A DNA stretch of 64,000 bases from Nitrospirota bacterium. Its GTDB lineage: Bacteria > Nitrospirota > Nitrospiria > SBBL01 > JAADHI01. Positions 1 through 7,636 of this stretch are shown here, piece after piece. Numbering within the stretch: position 1 is the first letter of the stretch; every line of letters starts with the position of its first letter. The stretch is from NCBI GenBank assembly GCA_029261135.1, contig JAJDBX010000046.1:16158-80157 (forward strand). The letters run 5' to 3'. A program made the position numbers and the translations under genes. The notes beneath the pieces were generated by a model. It was not told where the DNA came from, ran no database searches, and saw nothing but the letters and a program-made list of their open reading frames with translations.

Positions 1-171
1 TTTTATTGGGTGGTCGTTGGAAACCTGGAAATTGAAGGTAAGAATAAAGATATCATCATTTACATCTTGGGGGCGCTCAGTACGATTGCAACACAAGTTG
101 TCGCTTACTTTTTCGGATCGAGCCACGGCAGCGCCGAAAAAAACAAAACCCTGGCGGGATTCAAAAAATAG
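1..171 (+). CDS. 3' end of a small membrane protein gene (5' part outside the window)
   Basis: Frame 1 is open from the window edge to TAG 169-171 (..IIIYILGALSTIATQVVAYFFGSSHGSAEKNKTLAGFKK). It has one hydrophobic helix and a GSSxGS tail. It is absent from the ORF track because no start lies in the window. The family cannot be assigned by eye. Confidence 0.3.
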   Translation, partial: FYWVVVGNLEIEGKNKDIIIYILGALSTIATQVVAYFFGSSHGSAEKNKTLAGFKK

Positions 172-543
172 GGCCTGTCCCAGAATTGTCGGGGGTTTAT
201 GGTTGACAGAGAGGGCGTAGAATTATTGGCAATTATTTCAACGGTGTGACTGCGGTTTTTCTATCAGACTTTCTTATGAATTGGCTTTAATACGTATTTT
301 GAGTTCAGAAACAAGTGCTTCTGGCCTATTTCCTCTATTGAGGGACGAATTCTAGGGACAGCATACTTCATTTTGTGTCTTTCGTTTTGGTGCTGGTTTT
401 TGACGATGGAGCATTCGGCCCGATGCTTTTTCAAACTTGGCCATAAATGCTTCGCCTCCAAGGGGAGGTTCTGTCCGCTCATGATGGCGAAGTGCTTCCA
501 TCTGATTTTGTGGGGCCACTTGTGATAGGAAGGCTCCCCAATT

Positions 544-804
544 TTATGCAGAAGATTCTTGAGAAATATCCCAAGCAGGAAACACAAGAACTGCCGGATG
601 GCATTTCAGCGCACGGGCAAAAACTTTTGACCTTTCCACCCCCAAGCGAACCCGATCATTTTCTATGGCAGAAATAGTTGACTGAGGAATCCCCGTTAGA
701 TCTGAGAGCTCATTTTGGCTCAGCTCCTGTAACTCTCGAATAACCCGAACTGATTCTCCAACCGACACTTCCACCTTCTTTTGGGCTTTACGATAATTTT
801 TCAT
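544..804 (-). CDS. XRE-family HTH antitoxin (HigA-like)
   Basis: MKNYRKAQKK..LSQNELSDLTGIPQSTISAIENDRVRLGVERSKVFARAL is a classic Cro/C1-type HTH. ATG at 802-804 lies 1 nt after the toxin stop (TAA-T-ATG). The 5' extension in the ORF track (to 858) overlaps the toxin and is unlikely. Confidence 0.75.
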   Translation of the reverse strand: MKNYRKAQKKVEVSVGESVRVIRELQELSQNELSDLTGIPQSTISAIENDRVRLGVERSKVFARALKCHPAVLVFPAWDISQESSA

Positions 805-805
805 A

Positions 806-1087
806 TTACTTCTTCCGATCGTCATGCCGAATGACATTAACAACCTGGAGTAAAACAAGATCCTTTTCTAATTTGAAAATTACACGATATTGAAAATTCA
901 GACGTGATGAATGATCCCCCAGCCACTCTCCCTGAAGTGCCTCATCTCTGAACCCTTTCATTTGCCTTAGCCCATCTTGCCCACGAATTGATACGACATC
1001 TTTCCATTTTTCATATTTTTTGAGAACATCAATGGGTAATACTTTTAGTTGTTTGGCTACTTTTTCATGTTCATAAATTTTCCACAC
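806..1087 (-). CDS. RelE/ParE-superfamily toxin (HigB-like, toxin-first gene order)
   Basis: The C-terminal half GEWLGDHSSRLNFQYRVIFKLEKDLVLLQVVNVIRHD matches the RelE/HigB signature. The likely start is GTG 1085-1087 (VWKIYEHEK). The upstream part of the 127-aa track ORF is hydrophobic junk. Confidence 0.65.
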   Translation of the reverse strand: MWKIYEHEKVAKQLKVLPIDVLKKYEKWKDVVSIRGQDGLRQMKGFRDEALQGEWLGDHSSRLNFQYRVIFKLEKDLVLLQVVNVIRHDDRKK

Positions 1088-1327
1088 GGCGTAAAAAATC
1101 ACATAATATTTATAATATGTCAATCCTTTAAGATTCGCAGCCCTAATGTAAAAGCAACCCTGCCGCCCCACGACAACAAGCAAAAACAAACCAAGCTTTA
1201 GCGGTCAGATTGAGCGACGGGTTATCCCAATATTTGGTAAAAGATAAAAACATTACAAATCAGTTTCTGAGACATCTATATTAAATGAACTGAGGATTAG
1301 ATTGAATTGAAATACTTATTCTGACGT

Positions 1328-1651
1328 TTATTGAATCCCTTCAACTTTCGTTATTTTTACTTTATCCGGACAACTCCCTACAGGTGTATTCCTTATAAAT
1401 ACTGCTTCTTCTTGAATCATTTTTTTGCTGATATCAAAACAGTAGCAAACCCAAACCGGATCTTCGGTTTCTTTCAGCCCGACATGGATAGTCAGATCAA
1501 TTTTTTCAAAGGTTTGACCGCTTTCAGGATGGTAGTAAAGCGTTTCGCAGTCTGGTTCTTTGCAGAAATAATAGCCCGCATCCTTTATTTCTGAACGTCT
1601 TGTTTCCTTGACGAGATGCCGAAGGGTTTCAGAATCGGTGTAAAACAACAA
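1328..1651 (-). pseudogene. CopZ-type zinc/iron-sulfur metal-binding domain gene, 5'-truncated (no ATG, N-terminal CPxC missing)
   Basis: ..TLRHLVKE..YYFCKEPDCETLYYHPESGQTFEKIDLTIHVGLKETEDPVWVCYCFDISKKMIQEE matches, from memory, the N-terminal Zn-binding domain of archaeal/bacterial CopZ. The frame has only TTG codons at its 5' end and overlaps the merF fragment out of frame. Confidence 0.5.
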
Positions 1652-1716
1652 ATGACGGCAAAGAGTGAACCTATAGTGCCGGTCATCAACAGTTTTTTTG
1701 AGGGTTGTTTTTGCAT
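1585..1716 (-). pseudogene. merF: merF-like mercury transporter fragment (first helix only, 43 codons)
   Basis: MQKQPSKKLLMTGTIGSLFAVICCFTPILKPFGISSRKQDVQK*. The vicinal CCFTP in a hydrophobic helix matches MerF (LCCFTPVLV). The ORF leaves the hydrophobic register right after the motif and stops at TAA 1585-1587. ATG 1714-1716 abuts the stop of the upstream merR pseudogene. Confidence 0.5.
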
Positions 1717-2125
1717 TTATTCAAGCTCAGCATTCAGGGATTCTAAAATCGGACATTCTTCACTTGAGGCATTGGGCATCTTACATTCCGTCTTCAACTT
1801 CATAAGCGTCTTTTTCATTTGAACAAGGGTTATAATCTTACTTTTGATGTCATTCAGCTTGTCATTAATGCGTTTAGTAACATCGCCACAAGTGGCCTCA
1901 GTCTCAACTTTTAAAGAAAGGAGTTCCGCGATTTCATTGAGTGTAAACCCAATGGATTGGGCATGCTTGATAAACCGTATCCGCTCAACATCCTTTTGGG
2001 AGACCTGCCGGTAGCCTGATTCACGCCGTGGAGGATTTGGACAGTCCTCGCCGTTCGTAATATCGAACAGTTTCAACTTTCACATGAGACATTTTGGCCA
2101 ACTGAGCTATCTTTAAAGGTTTCAT
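1717..2125 (-). pseudogene. MerR-family metal-responsive regulator, frameshifted
   Basis: ATG at 2123-2125 opens MKPLKIAQLAKMSHVKVETVRYYERRGL and then runs into TGA at 2021-2023. The remainder (PNPPRRESGYRQVSQKDVERIRFIKHAQSIGFTLNEIAELL..C-35-C-10-C) continues in another frame to TAA 1717-1719. The frame change lies near 2036-2045. Confidence 0.7.
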
Positions 2126-2141
2126 TTTTTCTTCTGACTTG

Positions 2142-2187
2142 AGATATAACCCTATATCTAGGTGTAGGGTTATATCTTTTTTTTTTA
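2142..2187 (+). terminator. terminator-like hairpin: perfect 13-bp inverted repeat, 10-nt loop, T10 tail
   Basis: AGATATAACCCTA (2142-2154), loop tatctaggtg, TAGGGTTATATCT (2165-2177), then ten T (2178-2187). No plus-strand gene ends upstream of it. Confidence 0.4.
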
Positions 2188-2223
2188 GTCACCAAAATTC
2201 GGGCTCGATTAATAATTTAATCC

Positions 2224-2255
2224 TTGACTCTGTACAATAGTACGGAGTTTATATT
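2224..2255 (+). promoter_or_regulatory. MerR-type promoter/operator (merO/P-like)
   Basis: -35 TTGACT at 2224-2229. Dyad TCTGTAC-AATA-GTACGGA at 2229-2246. A 19-20 nt spacer precedes TTATAT/TATATT (2249-2255). This is nearly the canonical Tn501/Tn21 merO TTGACTCCGTACATGAGTACGGAAG (recalled from the literature). Confidence 0.65.
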
Positions 2256-2272
2256 TATGACAGAGGTGAATT

Positions 2273-2704
2273 TTGAAGACAATGACGATAGGCAAAGTTG
2301 CAAAAAAATCCGGTGTCGGCGTGGAAACGGTTCGTTTTTACGAAAGAAAAGACCTGGTCGCTCAGCCACCCAAACCACCCTTTGGTGGTTTCAGGATTTA
2401 CCCGGAAGAAACGGTGGAACGTATCCGTTTTATTCGTCAAGCACAGAAACTGGGTTTCTCCCTTCTTGAAATCAAAGAATTGTTGTCATTACGGCTGGAT
2501 CCTGCAAGCAATTGCGCCGATATACGGGATCGGGCTCAGGTCAAACTCAACGAGATAACCCGAAAGATTGTAGGCATGAAGAGAATACAAACGGCGCTTG
2601 AGAAACTAATCACGGCCTGTCCTGGCCAGGGAGCAATACAGGTGTGCTCAATCATTGACGCCATTGAAGCTCCTGAAAAAACGAAGGAAGGAGAAAAATC
2701 ATGA
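2273..2704 (+). CDS. merR: MerR (Hg(II)-type) transcriptional regulator
   Basis: HTH TIGKVAKKSGVGVETVRFYERKDL. Three Cys (NCADI, ACPG, QVCS) are spaced 35 and 9 residues apart, as for MerR C82/C117/C126. The start is TTG 2273 or ATG 2282, after AGAGGTGA. Confidence 0.8.
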   Translation: MKTMTIGKVAKKSGVGVETVRFYERKDLVAQPPKPPFGGFRIYPEETVERIRFIRQAQKLGFSLLEIKELLSLRLDPASNCADIRDRAQVKLNEITRKIVGMKRIQTALEKLITACPGQGAIQVCSIIDAIEAPEKTKEGEKS

Positions 2705-2970
2705 ATAATAAACGCAAAGTAGAAATCTTTAGTGCAGGATGTGCGGTTTGCAAAGAAGCGGTTTCCGTTGTAAACCATTTGGCCTGTTCATCCTGTGAGG
2801 TCACCGTGCTGGACATGAAGAACCTAGATGTCGCTAAAAGAGCAAAGAATATCGGAATCTCTTCAGTTCCAGCCATAGTGATAGATGGTCAACTTGCAGA
2901 TTGTTGCGGTCAGGAGATCAAGGAAGAAACCCTTAAGGCCGCTGGCCTGGGGCAAGCTCTGGGTCATTGA
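2701..2970 (+). CDS. small thioredoxin-fold protein (Thioredoxin_3 / MTH895-like), CxxC = GCAVC
   Basis: KVEIFSAGCAVCKEA...GISSVPAIVIDGQL is the typical layout of about 80-aa redox-active disulfide proteins. No signal peptide. The ATG overlaps the merR stop (ATGA). Confidence 0.6.
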   Translation: MNNKRKVEIFSAGCAVCKEAVSVVNHLACSSCEVTVLDMKNLDVAKRAKNIGISSVPAIVIDGQLADCCGQEIKEETLKAAGLGQALGH

Positions 2971-3001
2971 GAAACAATCAAAACATTATGGAGACCTGAA
3001 A

Positions 3002-3355
3002 ATGTCTTACACCCCTAAAATTACGTTGATTATGAAAACCCTGGGTACCACTCTTTTTATTTTGTTTCTCAGGGTAGCGGTTGTTGGGGCGCAAGATGTG
3101 AAGCCAGTCTACAAGGTATACGTTGATGGTCTTTCCTGTCCCTTCTGTACCTATGGCATAGAAAAAAAGTTTAGCAAGGTCCAAGGTGTTGAAGAAATTG
3201 ATATTGACCTTAAGACGGGGACGACCATCATCACAATGGCCACCGGAAAAACTTTGGATAAAACAACCGCCAGAAAAACCGTAGAAGCCGCTGGGTTTAC
3301 TCTCCGAGATTTTGAAAAAGTCCTGGTGATTCCGAACACCAAAGGGAAGGAATGA
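3002..3355 (+). CDS. secreted heavy-metal-associated (HMA) domain protein, MerP-like
   Basis: Signal peptide (MKTLGTTLFILFLRVAVVGAQ), then YKVYVDGLSCPFCTYGIEKKFSKVQGVEEIDIDLKTGT, an HMA fold with CPFC in place of GMTCxxC. GGAG sits 8 nt upstream of ATG 3002. Confidence 0.7.
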   Translation: MSYTPKITLIMKTLGTTLFILFLRVAVVGAQDVKPVYKVYVDGLSCPFCTYGIEKKFSKVQGVEEIDIDLKTGTTIITMATGKTLDKTTARKTVEAAGFTLRDFEKVLVIPNTKGKE

Positions 3356-4290
3356 ACCACATGGTTTTTCAAATTATTGGCCGATTAAAAAATATTATCT
3401 GGGCAATTGGGGTAAGTGCACCGTCTTTCTTGTTTATTGGGGTCGGAGCCGCCTGGAGTGCGCCGATTACTTTCAATACGGCATTGCCCGTTGCAGAAGA
3501 TGAATTTATATACCGGGAGCAATTTGTCCTTGGTCAGTCTGACAACGACCCCAGTGGCGCGAACCGTAATCATGAGATATTTTCCGCTGTATCCGTCCTT
3601 GGATACGGGGTAACAAGCAACTTGAGTCTTTTCGGAGTGCTACCCTATGTGGATAAAAGTCTGGAGTTTACTGGGAATGGCGTAGATCAAACTCGCGACA
3701 CAAGTGGTATCGGTGATCTGATCCTGTTCGGTCGATATACGGTTTTTAAAGATGACATCCCAGGGCGCACCTTTCGTATTGCGCCATTTGCGGGTCTAGA
3801 GCTTCCTAGCGGGGAGGACGACGAAACCGACGGGTTTGGTCGCCTTCCCGCTAGCGTCCAGGCCGGATCAGGGTCCGCAGACCCTTTCGGCGGCCTTGTG
3901 GCAACCTACCAAACACTTGACTTTGAAATGGATGCCCAGGCCAGTTACAAAATGAACACCGAGGCCAATCATTTTGAGTTCGGTGATGTCGGACGCCTTG
4001 ATGCTTCTCTTCAGTATCGCCTTTGGCCCCGCAGTTTGCAGAATGGTGTTCCTGGTTTCCTTTATGGTGTTTTTGAAGGGAATTTCATCCACCAGAATAA
4101 AAATTGGAGTAAGGGTGCCAAAGACCCTAATTCCGGTGGGACAACGCTGTTTCTCGTCCCTGGACTGCAATATGTGACCAAACGCTGGATTGTGGAAGGA
4201 GGAGTGCAAATCCCTGTGGTTCAGGACCTCAATGGTACGGCCCTGGAGAGGGACTACATTGCCCGCTTCGGCTTTCGTTTCAACTTCTGA
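3352..4290 (+). CDS. outer-membrane beta-barrel protein (MetA-pathway/transporter-like family)
   Basis: Signal peptide ending AWSAP. Alternating amphipathic strands and a C-terminal RFGFRFNF with terminal Phe. The N-terminal ITFNTALPV..E motif resembles the PF13557-type barrels (from memory). The start overlaps the HMA gene stop (ATGA). Confidence 0.5.
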   Translation: MNHMVFQIIGRLKNIIWAIGVSAPSFLFIGVGAAWSAPITFNTALPVAEDEFIYREQFVLGQSDNDPSGANRNHEIFSAVSVLGYGVTSNLSLFGVLPYVDKSLEFTGNGVDQTRDTSGIGDLILFGRYTVFKDDIPGRTFRIAPFAGLELPSGEDDETDGFGRLPASVQAGSGSADPFGGLVATYQTLDFEMDAQASYKMNTEANHFEFGDVGRLDASLQYRLWPRSLQNGVPGFLYGVFEGNFIHQNKNWSKGAKDPNSGGTTLFLVPGLQYVTKRWIVEGGVQIPVVQDLNGTALERDYIARFGFRFNF

Positions 4291-4306
4291 TAAGGATGAG
4301 ACTGAT

Positions 4307-5290
4307 ATGAAACTTAAAAACATCATATCTCCGGGAATCCCGTTACTAATTGCGGCAGGTTTTCTTGTTTTTGGATGTGCGACCTTTATGGCTTCAGAAA
4401 AGGAGCCTGGATACAGGTTTGTTGCCACATGGGGTGTAAAGGGGAGCGGCCCCGGAGAATTCAATGATCCGACAGGGATTGCCGTCACCGATCATGAAGT
4501 CTTTATTTCAGATGCTCGTAATGCCCGAATTCAAGTATTCGACCATGATGGAAATTTTAAGCGTCAATTCAGTAAACGCGGAAGCGGAAAAGGTTCCGAC
4601 CAATTGGGCCGCCCCATGAATCTGACGATTGCTCGCAACGAGCTTTATGTGGCGGATTACTGGAATGATCATATCGAGGTCTTTGCCCTCGATGGGACAC
4701 CCAAAAGAACAATCGGCCATTCAGGTTCCGGGCCGGGTGAATTGGATTCGCCCGGAGGCGTCGCCATTGCTCCCAACGGTGATTTGTTCGTCGCCGATTT
4801 CTATAACCAAAGAATCCAGCAACTTCGGGCCGATGGGCGTTTTGTTCGGCAATGGGGAGAAACCCGTGAGACAGGTGTTTGGGCGGGGAAATTTAATTAT
4901 CCTACGGATGTGGCACTAGGGCCGGATGGTTCTGTTTATGTTGCTGACGGCTATAATGACCGTGTACAGGTCTTTTCACCAGATGGGAACTTTTCCCATA
5001 AATGGGGTGGTCCATTCGCTATGAATATTTATGGCCCCTTTAAGGGATGGTTTGCCACCGTGACCAGCATTATTGTGGATAAAGCTGGGAATGTATTTGT
5101 TGCGGATTTTTACAACAATCGTATCCAGAAGTTTTCGCCGGATGGGATCTTTCTGACGACATTTGGAAAAGAAGGCACAGAACCCGGCCAACTTGAACAT
5201 CCGATAGCCGTGGCGATAACGGATGACGGTAGCGTTTTCGTTGCAGACTATGGGAATAACCGCATTCAGAAGTGGCAGTTAAAAAAATAG
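4307..5290 (+). CDS. NHL-repeat (six-bladed beta-propeller) lipoprotein
   Basis: Start MKLKNIISPG..LVFGCATF (lipobox LVFG|C). Six repeats of the form G.G.G.F..P.GIAV...G.vfVAD..N.RIQ.F. The 5' extension in the track (4190) overlaps the barrel gene. Confidence 0.75.
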   Translation: MKLKNIISPGIPLLIAAGFLVFGCATFMASEKEPGYRFVATWGVKGSGPGEFNDPTGIAVTDHEVFISDARNARIQVFDHDGNFKRQFSKRGSGKGSDQLGRPMNLTIARNELYVADYWNDHIEVFALDGTPKRTIGHSGSGPGELDSPGGVAIAPNGDLFVADFYNQRIQQLRADGRFVRQWGETRETGVWAGKFNYPTDVALGPDGSVYVADGYNDRVQVFSPDGNFSHKWGGPFAMNIYGPFKGWFATVTSIIVDKAGNVFVADFYNNRIQKFSPDGIFLTTFGKEGTEPGQLEHPIAVAITDDGSVFVADYGNNRIQKWQLKK

Positions 5291-5611
5291 GGGTAATTGA
5301 GTTTAACTCCTGATCTTTTTTGCTAGAATTCCAACATCATTAATCAGTCATTGCAGACCCTTGGATCCTTCAAGGCTGTCAGAAGATAAAACAAAAACGA
5401 TTTCGATTTAAAAAGATTTGTATGAATAAGTGCGATTCGAAACCACGACTTGTAGTCAACATATGCCATTTTAAACCAAACTAAAGCAAATGAAGCTTGT
5501 TTTCGAGTGTTTCATGAAGAAGCTTAGGTAAATGGCAGCATTACCAAGATGAAGCTTTCTACCGCAATTCAATAACTTTCAGCCCTACCCCAAAGTAAAG
5601 ATTCTAAGATG

Positions 5612-5623
5612 CTATACGTAACA
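5612..5623. repeat. left terminal inverted repeat CTATACGTAACA
   Basis: Perfect 12/12 match to the reverse complement of 7637-7648. Contains the TACGTA palindrome. Confidence 0.7.
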
Positions 5624-5638
5624 TATCCTGCTTTTTGT

Positions 5639-6568
5639 TCAGTTGTTTATTGCAGTCGGGATGAAATCGTTCAATCCTAATCCATCTTCTGCGGTTTCTT
5701 GGCTCCTCCTGAGAACGGCCTCAATGGCCTTATAATAGTCTCTCTGGACTTTGAGATTTGACACTCTGCAATAGCGCTGGGTGGTGGTCACCCTGCTGTG
5801 ACCCAAAAGATCTTGAATCGTCACAAGATCGGCATCCGCATTTAAAAGCTGAGTGGCCATAGTATGCCTGAGGTGATGACAGGAGACCGGGATGGCGGTT
5901 TTTTTCGCATAATATTCAATCCGCTTTTGAATCCCCCGAACGGATATCGGCCGGCCTGTCAGAGGTCCCTTCTGCACCAGGAACACCCTCTTTGTTTTCG
6001 ATCCTTCCCGTTTTTTCAGATAGTCCTGCAACGCAGATCGGGCATCCTCACTCATATAAACAATACGATCCTTGCTGCCTTTTCCATTGGATACAAAGAT
6101 CTGTCTGTTTTGGAACTCTATCCCATCCATCGTCAGTTGAGCAATCTCATCGACTCGAAGCCCACATCTGAGCATCAGCATGAAGATGGCCCGATCTCTT
6201 AACTCTTTGATTTCTCTGAAGAGAGCGCTGACCTGGTCGTCTTTGAGGTGCTTTGGCAGCGGGCGGGGCAGCCGAAGCACCTGCTTTTTTCTCACCGGGT
6301 TGGTCAAAGCGATGCCCTCATCATCAATCAAATAGTCAAAGAAGGCTCGGATTGCTCCGAGATGGCAGTTGATGGTTTTGGGTTTTCTTGTTTTCAAGAG
6401 ATGCTCCACATAGCAGCCCATCTCTTTGTGAGTCACAGTCAGGAGGGGTGTTTGTTGCCAGACAATAAAGTGATGAAGGATGCTCATGTAGTTCTTCACG
6501 GTATGGCCTGAACAGTTTCTTCGCTTTAGAAATCTTCGATACCGGACAAGCCATTCAGTGCTTTGCAT
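5639..6568 (-). CDS. tyrosine recombinase/integrase (XerC/D-like), downstream member of a pair
   Basis: Start ATG 6566-6568 is preceded by AAGGAGG. Motifs: MLRCGLRVDEI (Arg I), HHLRHTMATQLL (H-x-x-R), LLGHSRVTTTQRY (His, Tyr). The track start at 6619 is a 5' over-extension. Confidence 0.85.
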   Translation of the reverse strand: MQSTEWLVRYRRFLKRRNCSGHTVKNYMSILHHFIVWQQTPLLTVTHKEMGCYVEHLLKTRKPKTINCHLGAIRAFFDYLIDDEGIALTNPVRKKQVLRLPRPLPKHLKDDQVSALFREIKELRDRAIFMLMLRCGLRVDEIAQLTMDGIEFQNRQIFVSNGKGSKDRIVYMSEDARSALQDYLKKREGSKTKRVFLVQKGPLTGRPISVRGIQKRIEYYAKKTAIPVSCHHLRHTMATQLLNADADLVTIQDLLGHSRVTTTQRYCRVSNLKVQRDYYKAIEAVLRRSQETAEDGLGLNDFIPTAINN

Positions 6569-7613
6569 CGATCCCTCCTTGCTCAATTCGCGCCATGGCC
6601 CGGAAGTACTCCGATTCACGGGTCTTGTCGGCTAAGCGGGCATAGCGGCGTGTCATTTCGATGTTGTGGTGGCCGAGAAGCTGCTGTAAGCATTCCAGCC
6701 GCATGCCGGCATTGAGTAACTCGGTTGCGCAGGTGTGCCGCAAACAATGCAGCGTGTAGCCCTTGTTCGTAAGGCCCGCCTTTTTCAAATACTGGACGAA
6801 GATGAATCGGGAGGCACTGTACCCTAAAGGTTTTTCTTTCCAGCCGTAAAAGAGAAAGGGGTCTCTTCGCTTTCTCTTAGAGAGCCAGAGCCTTACTGCA
6901 AAGAGGGCATCGTCGCTCAGATACACCACACGGCCCAGGCTGTTTTTCTTGCCTTCATAAATATGAATCTTTTTGTCCCGAAGATCCAGATCCGAGACTT
7001 TCGTATTTAAGAGCTCACCGATTCTCATCCCCGTCCTCAAAAGCACCAGGATGAGGGCGCGATCCCGGGGTTTCTGAATGATAGAAAGGAGCTGTCTCAC
7101 ATCATCCGGATTGATCGCCCGGGGCAGAAAATCCGGGAGTCTTAATTTGATCTTCCAGATGAGAATCCGTTCAAAGAGACAGTCCTCTTCCACCAGAAAC
7201 CGGAGAAAACCAAAGACATGCCCAAGCCTTGTCCTGGCCGATGTGATCTTTGTCCCCCGGTCCTGAACATATTCTACAAACCCTTCCAGGTCTTCTTTTA
7301 AAATCTCTTTAAGGCAACTTTTCCCCAGGCCTGCAAAAAAAGTCAGAAAGAGTTCTACTGATTTAAAGCTGCCCAAAATACTCAGCGGTTTGTGGTTCAT
7401 CCGCCGCTTCCAACGGATGTAACGTGTAAAATACGCCTTCTCGGGAATCTCCATTTGGGACAATTTCTGAAGACGTTGATCGATTAAAGAAGGACCATCT
7501 TGATGCGGAGTTGCTTCTTTTTTATTGCCCGGTGTGTTGCTGGTATTTAGCCTTGCTTGGATCATTTCTCCTCCTTTTTCTTTGAAAAAAGCAGGAGTGA
7601 TCATGACCCTCAC
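6555..7613 (-). CDS. tyrosine recombinase/integrase, upstream member of a pair
   Basis: Motifs: LLRTGMRIGEL, HCLRHTCATELL, LLGHHNIEMTRRYARL (full R-H-R-Y set). Its last 14 nt overlap the start of the next recombinase gene, which suggests translational coupling. Confidence 0.85.
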   Translation of the reverse strand: MRVMITPAFFKEKGGEMIQARLNTSNTPGNKKEATPHQDGPSLIDQRLQKLSQMEIPEKAYFTRYIRWKRRMNHKPLSILGSFKSVELFLTFFAGLGKSCLKEILKEDLEGFVEYVQDRGTKITSARTRLGHVFGFLRFLVEEDCLFERILIWKIKLRLPDFLPRAINPDDVRQLLSIIQKPRDRALILVLLRTGMRIGELLNTKVSDLDLRDKKIHIYEGKKNSLGRVVYLSDDALFAVRLWLSKRKRRDPFLFYGWKEKPLGYSASRFIFVQYLKKAGLTNKGYTLHCLRHTCATELLNAGMRLECLQQLLGHHNIEMTRRYARLADKTRESEYFRAMARIEQGGIDAKH

Positions 7614-7636
7614 AAATCTTAGGAATCAATCACTTT

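Noticed and set aside
264-587. 107-aa very basic minus-strand ORF downstream of the antitoxin
   Set aside because: It has no recognisable motif and its 5' part overlaps the antitoxin 3' end. It could be a real small gene (an internal ATG at 482 gives 72 aa), but I cannot support it.
3868-4488. 206-aa minus-strand ORF
   Set aside because: It is antisense across the junction of the barrel and NHL genes, both of which have strong protein signatures. It has no motif.
5425-5460. GATTCGAAACC-like string that recalled a tRNA T-arm (a possible att remnant)
   Set aside because: The flanking bases do not pair into a T-stem and no acceptor-like sequence follows.
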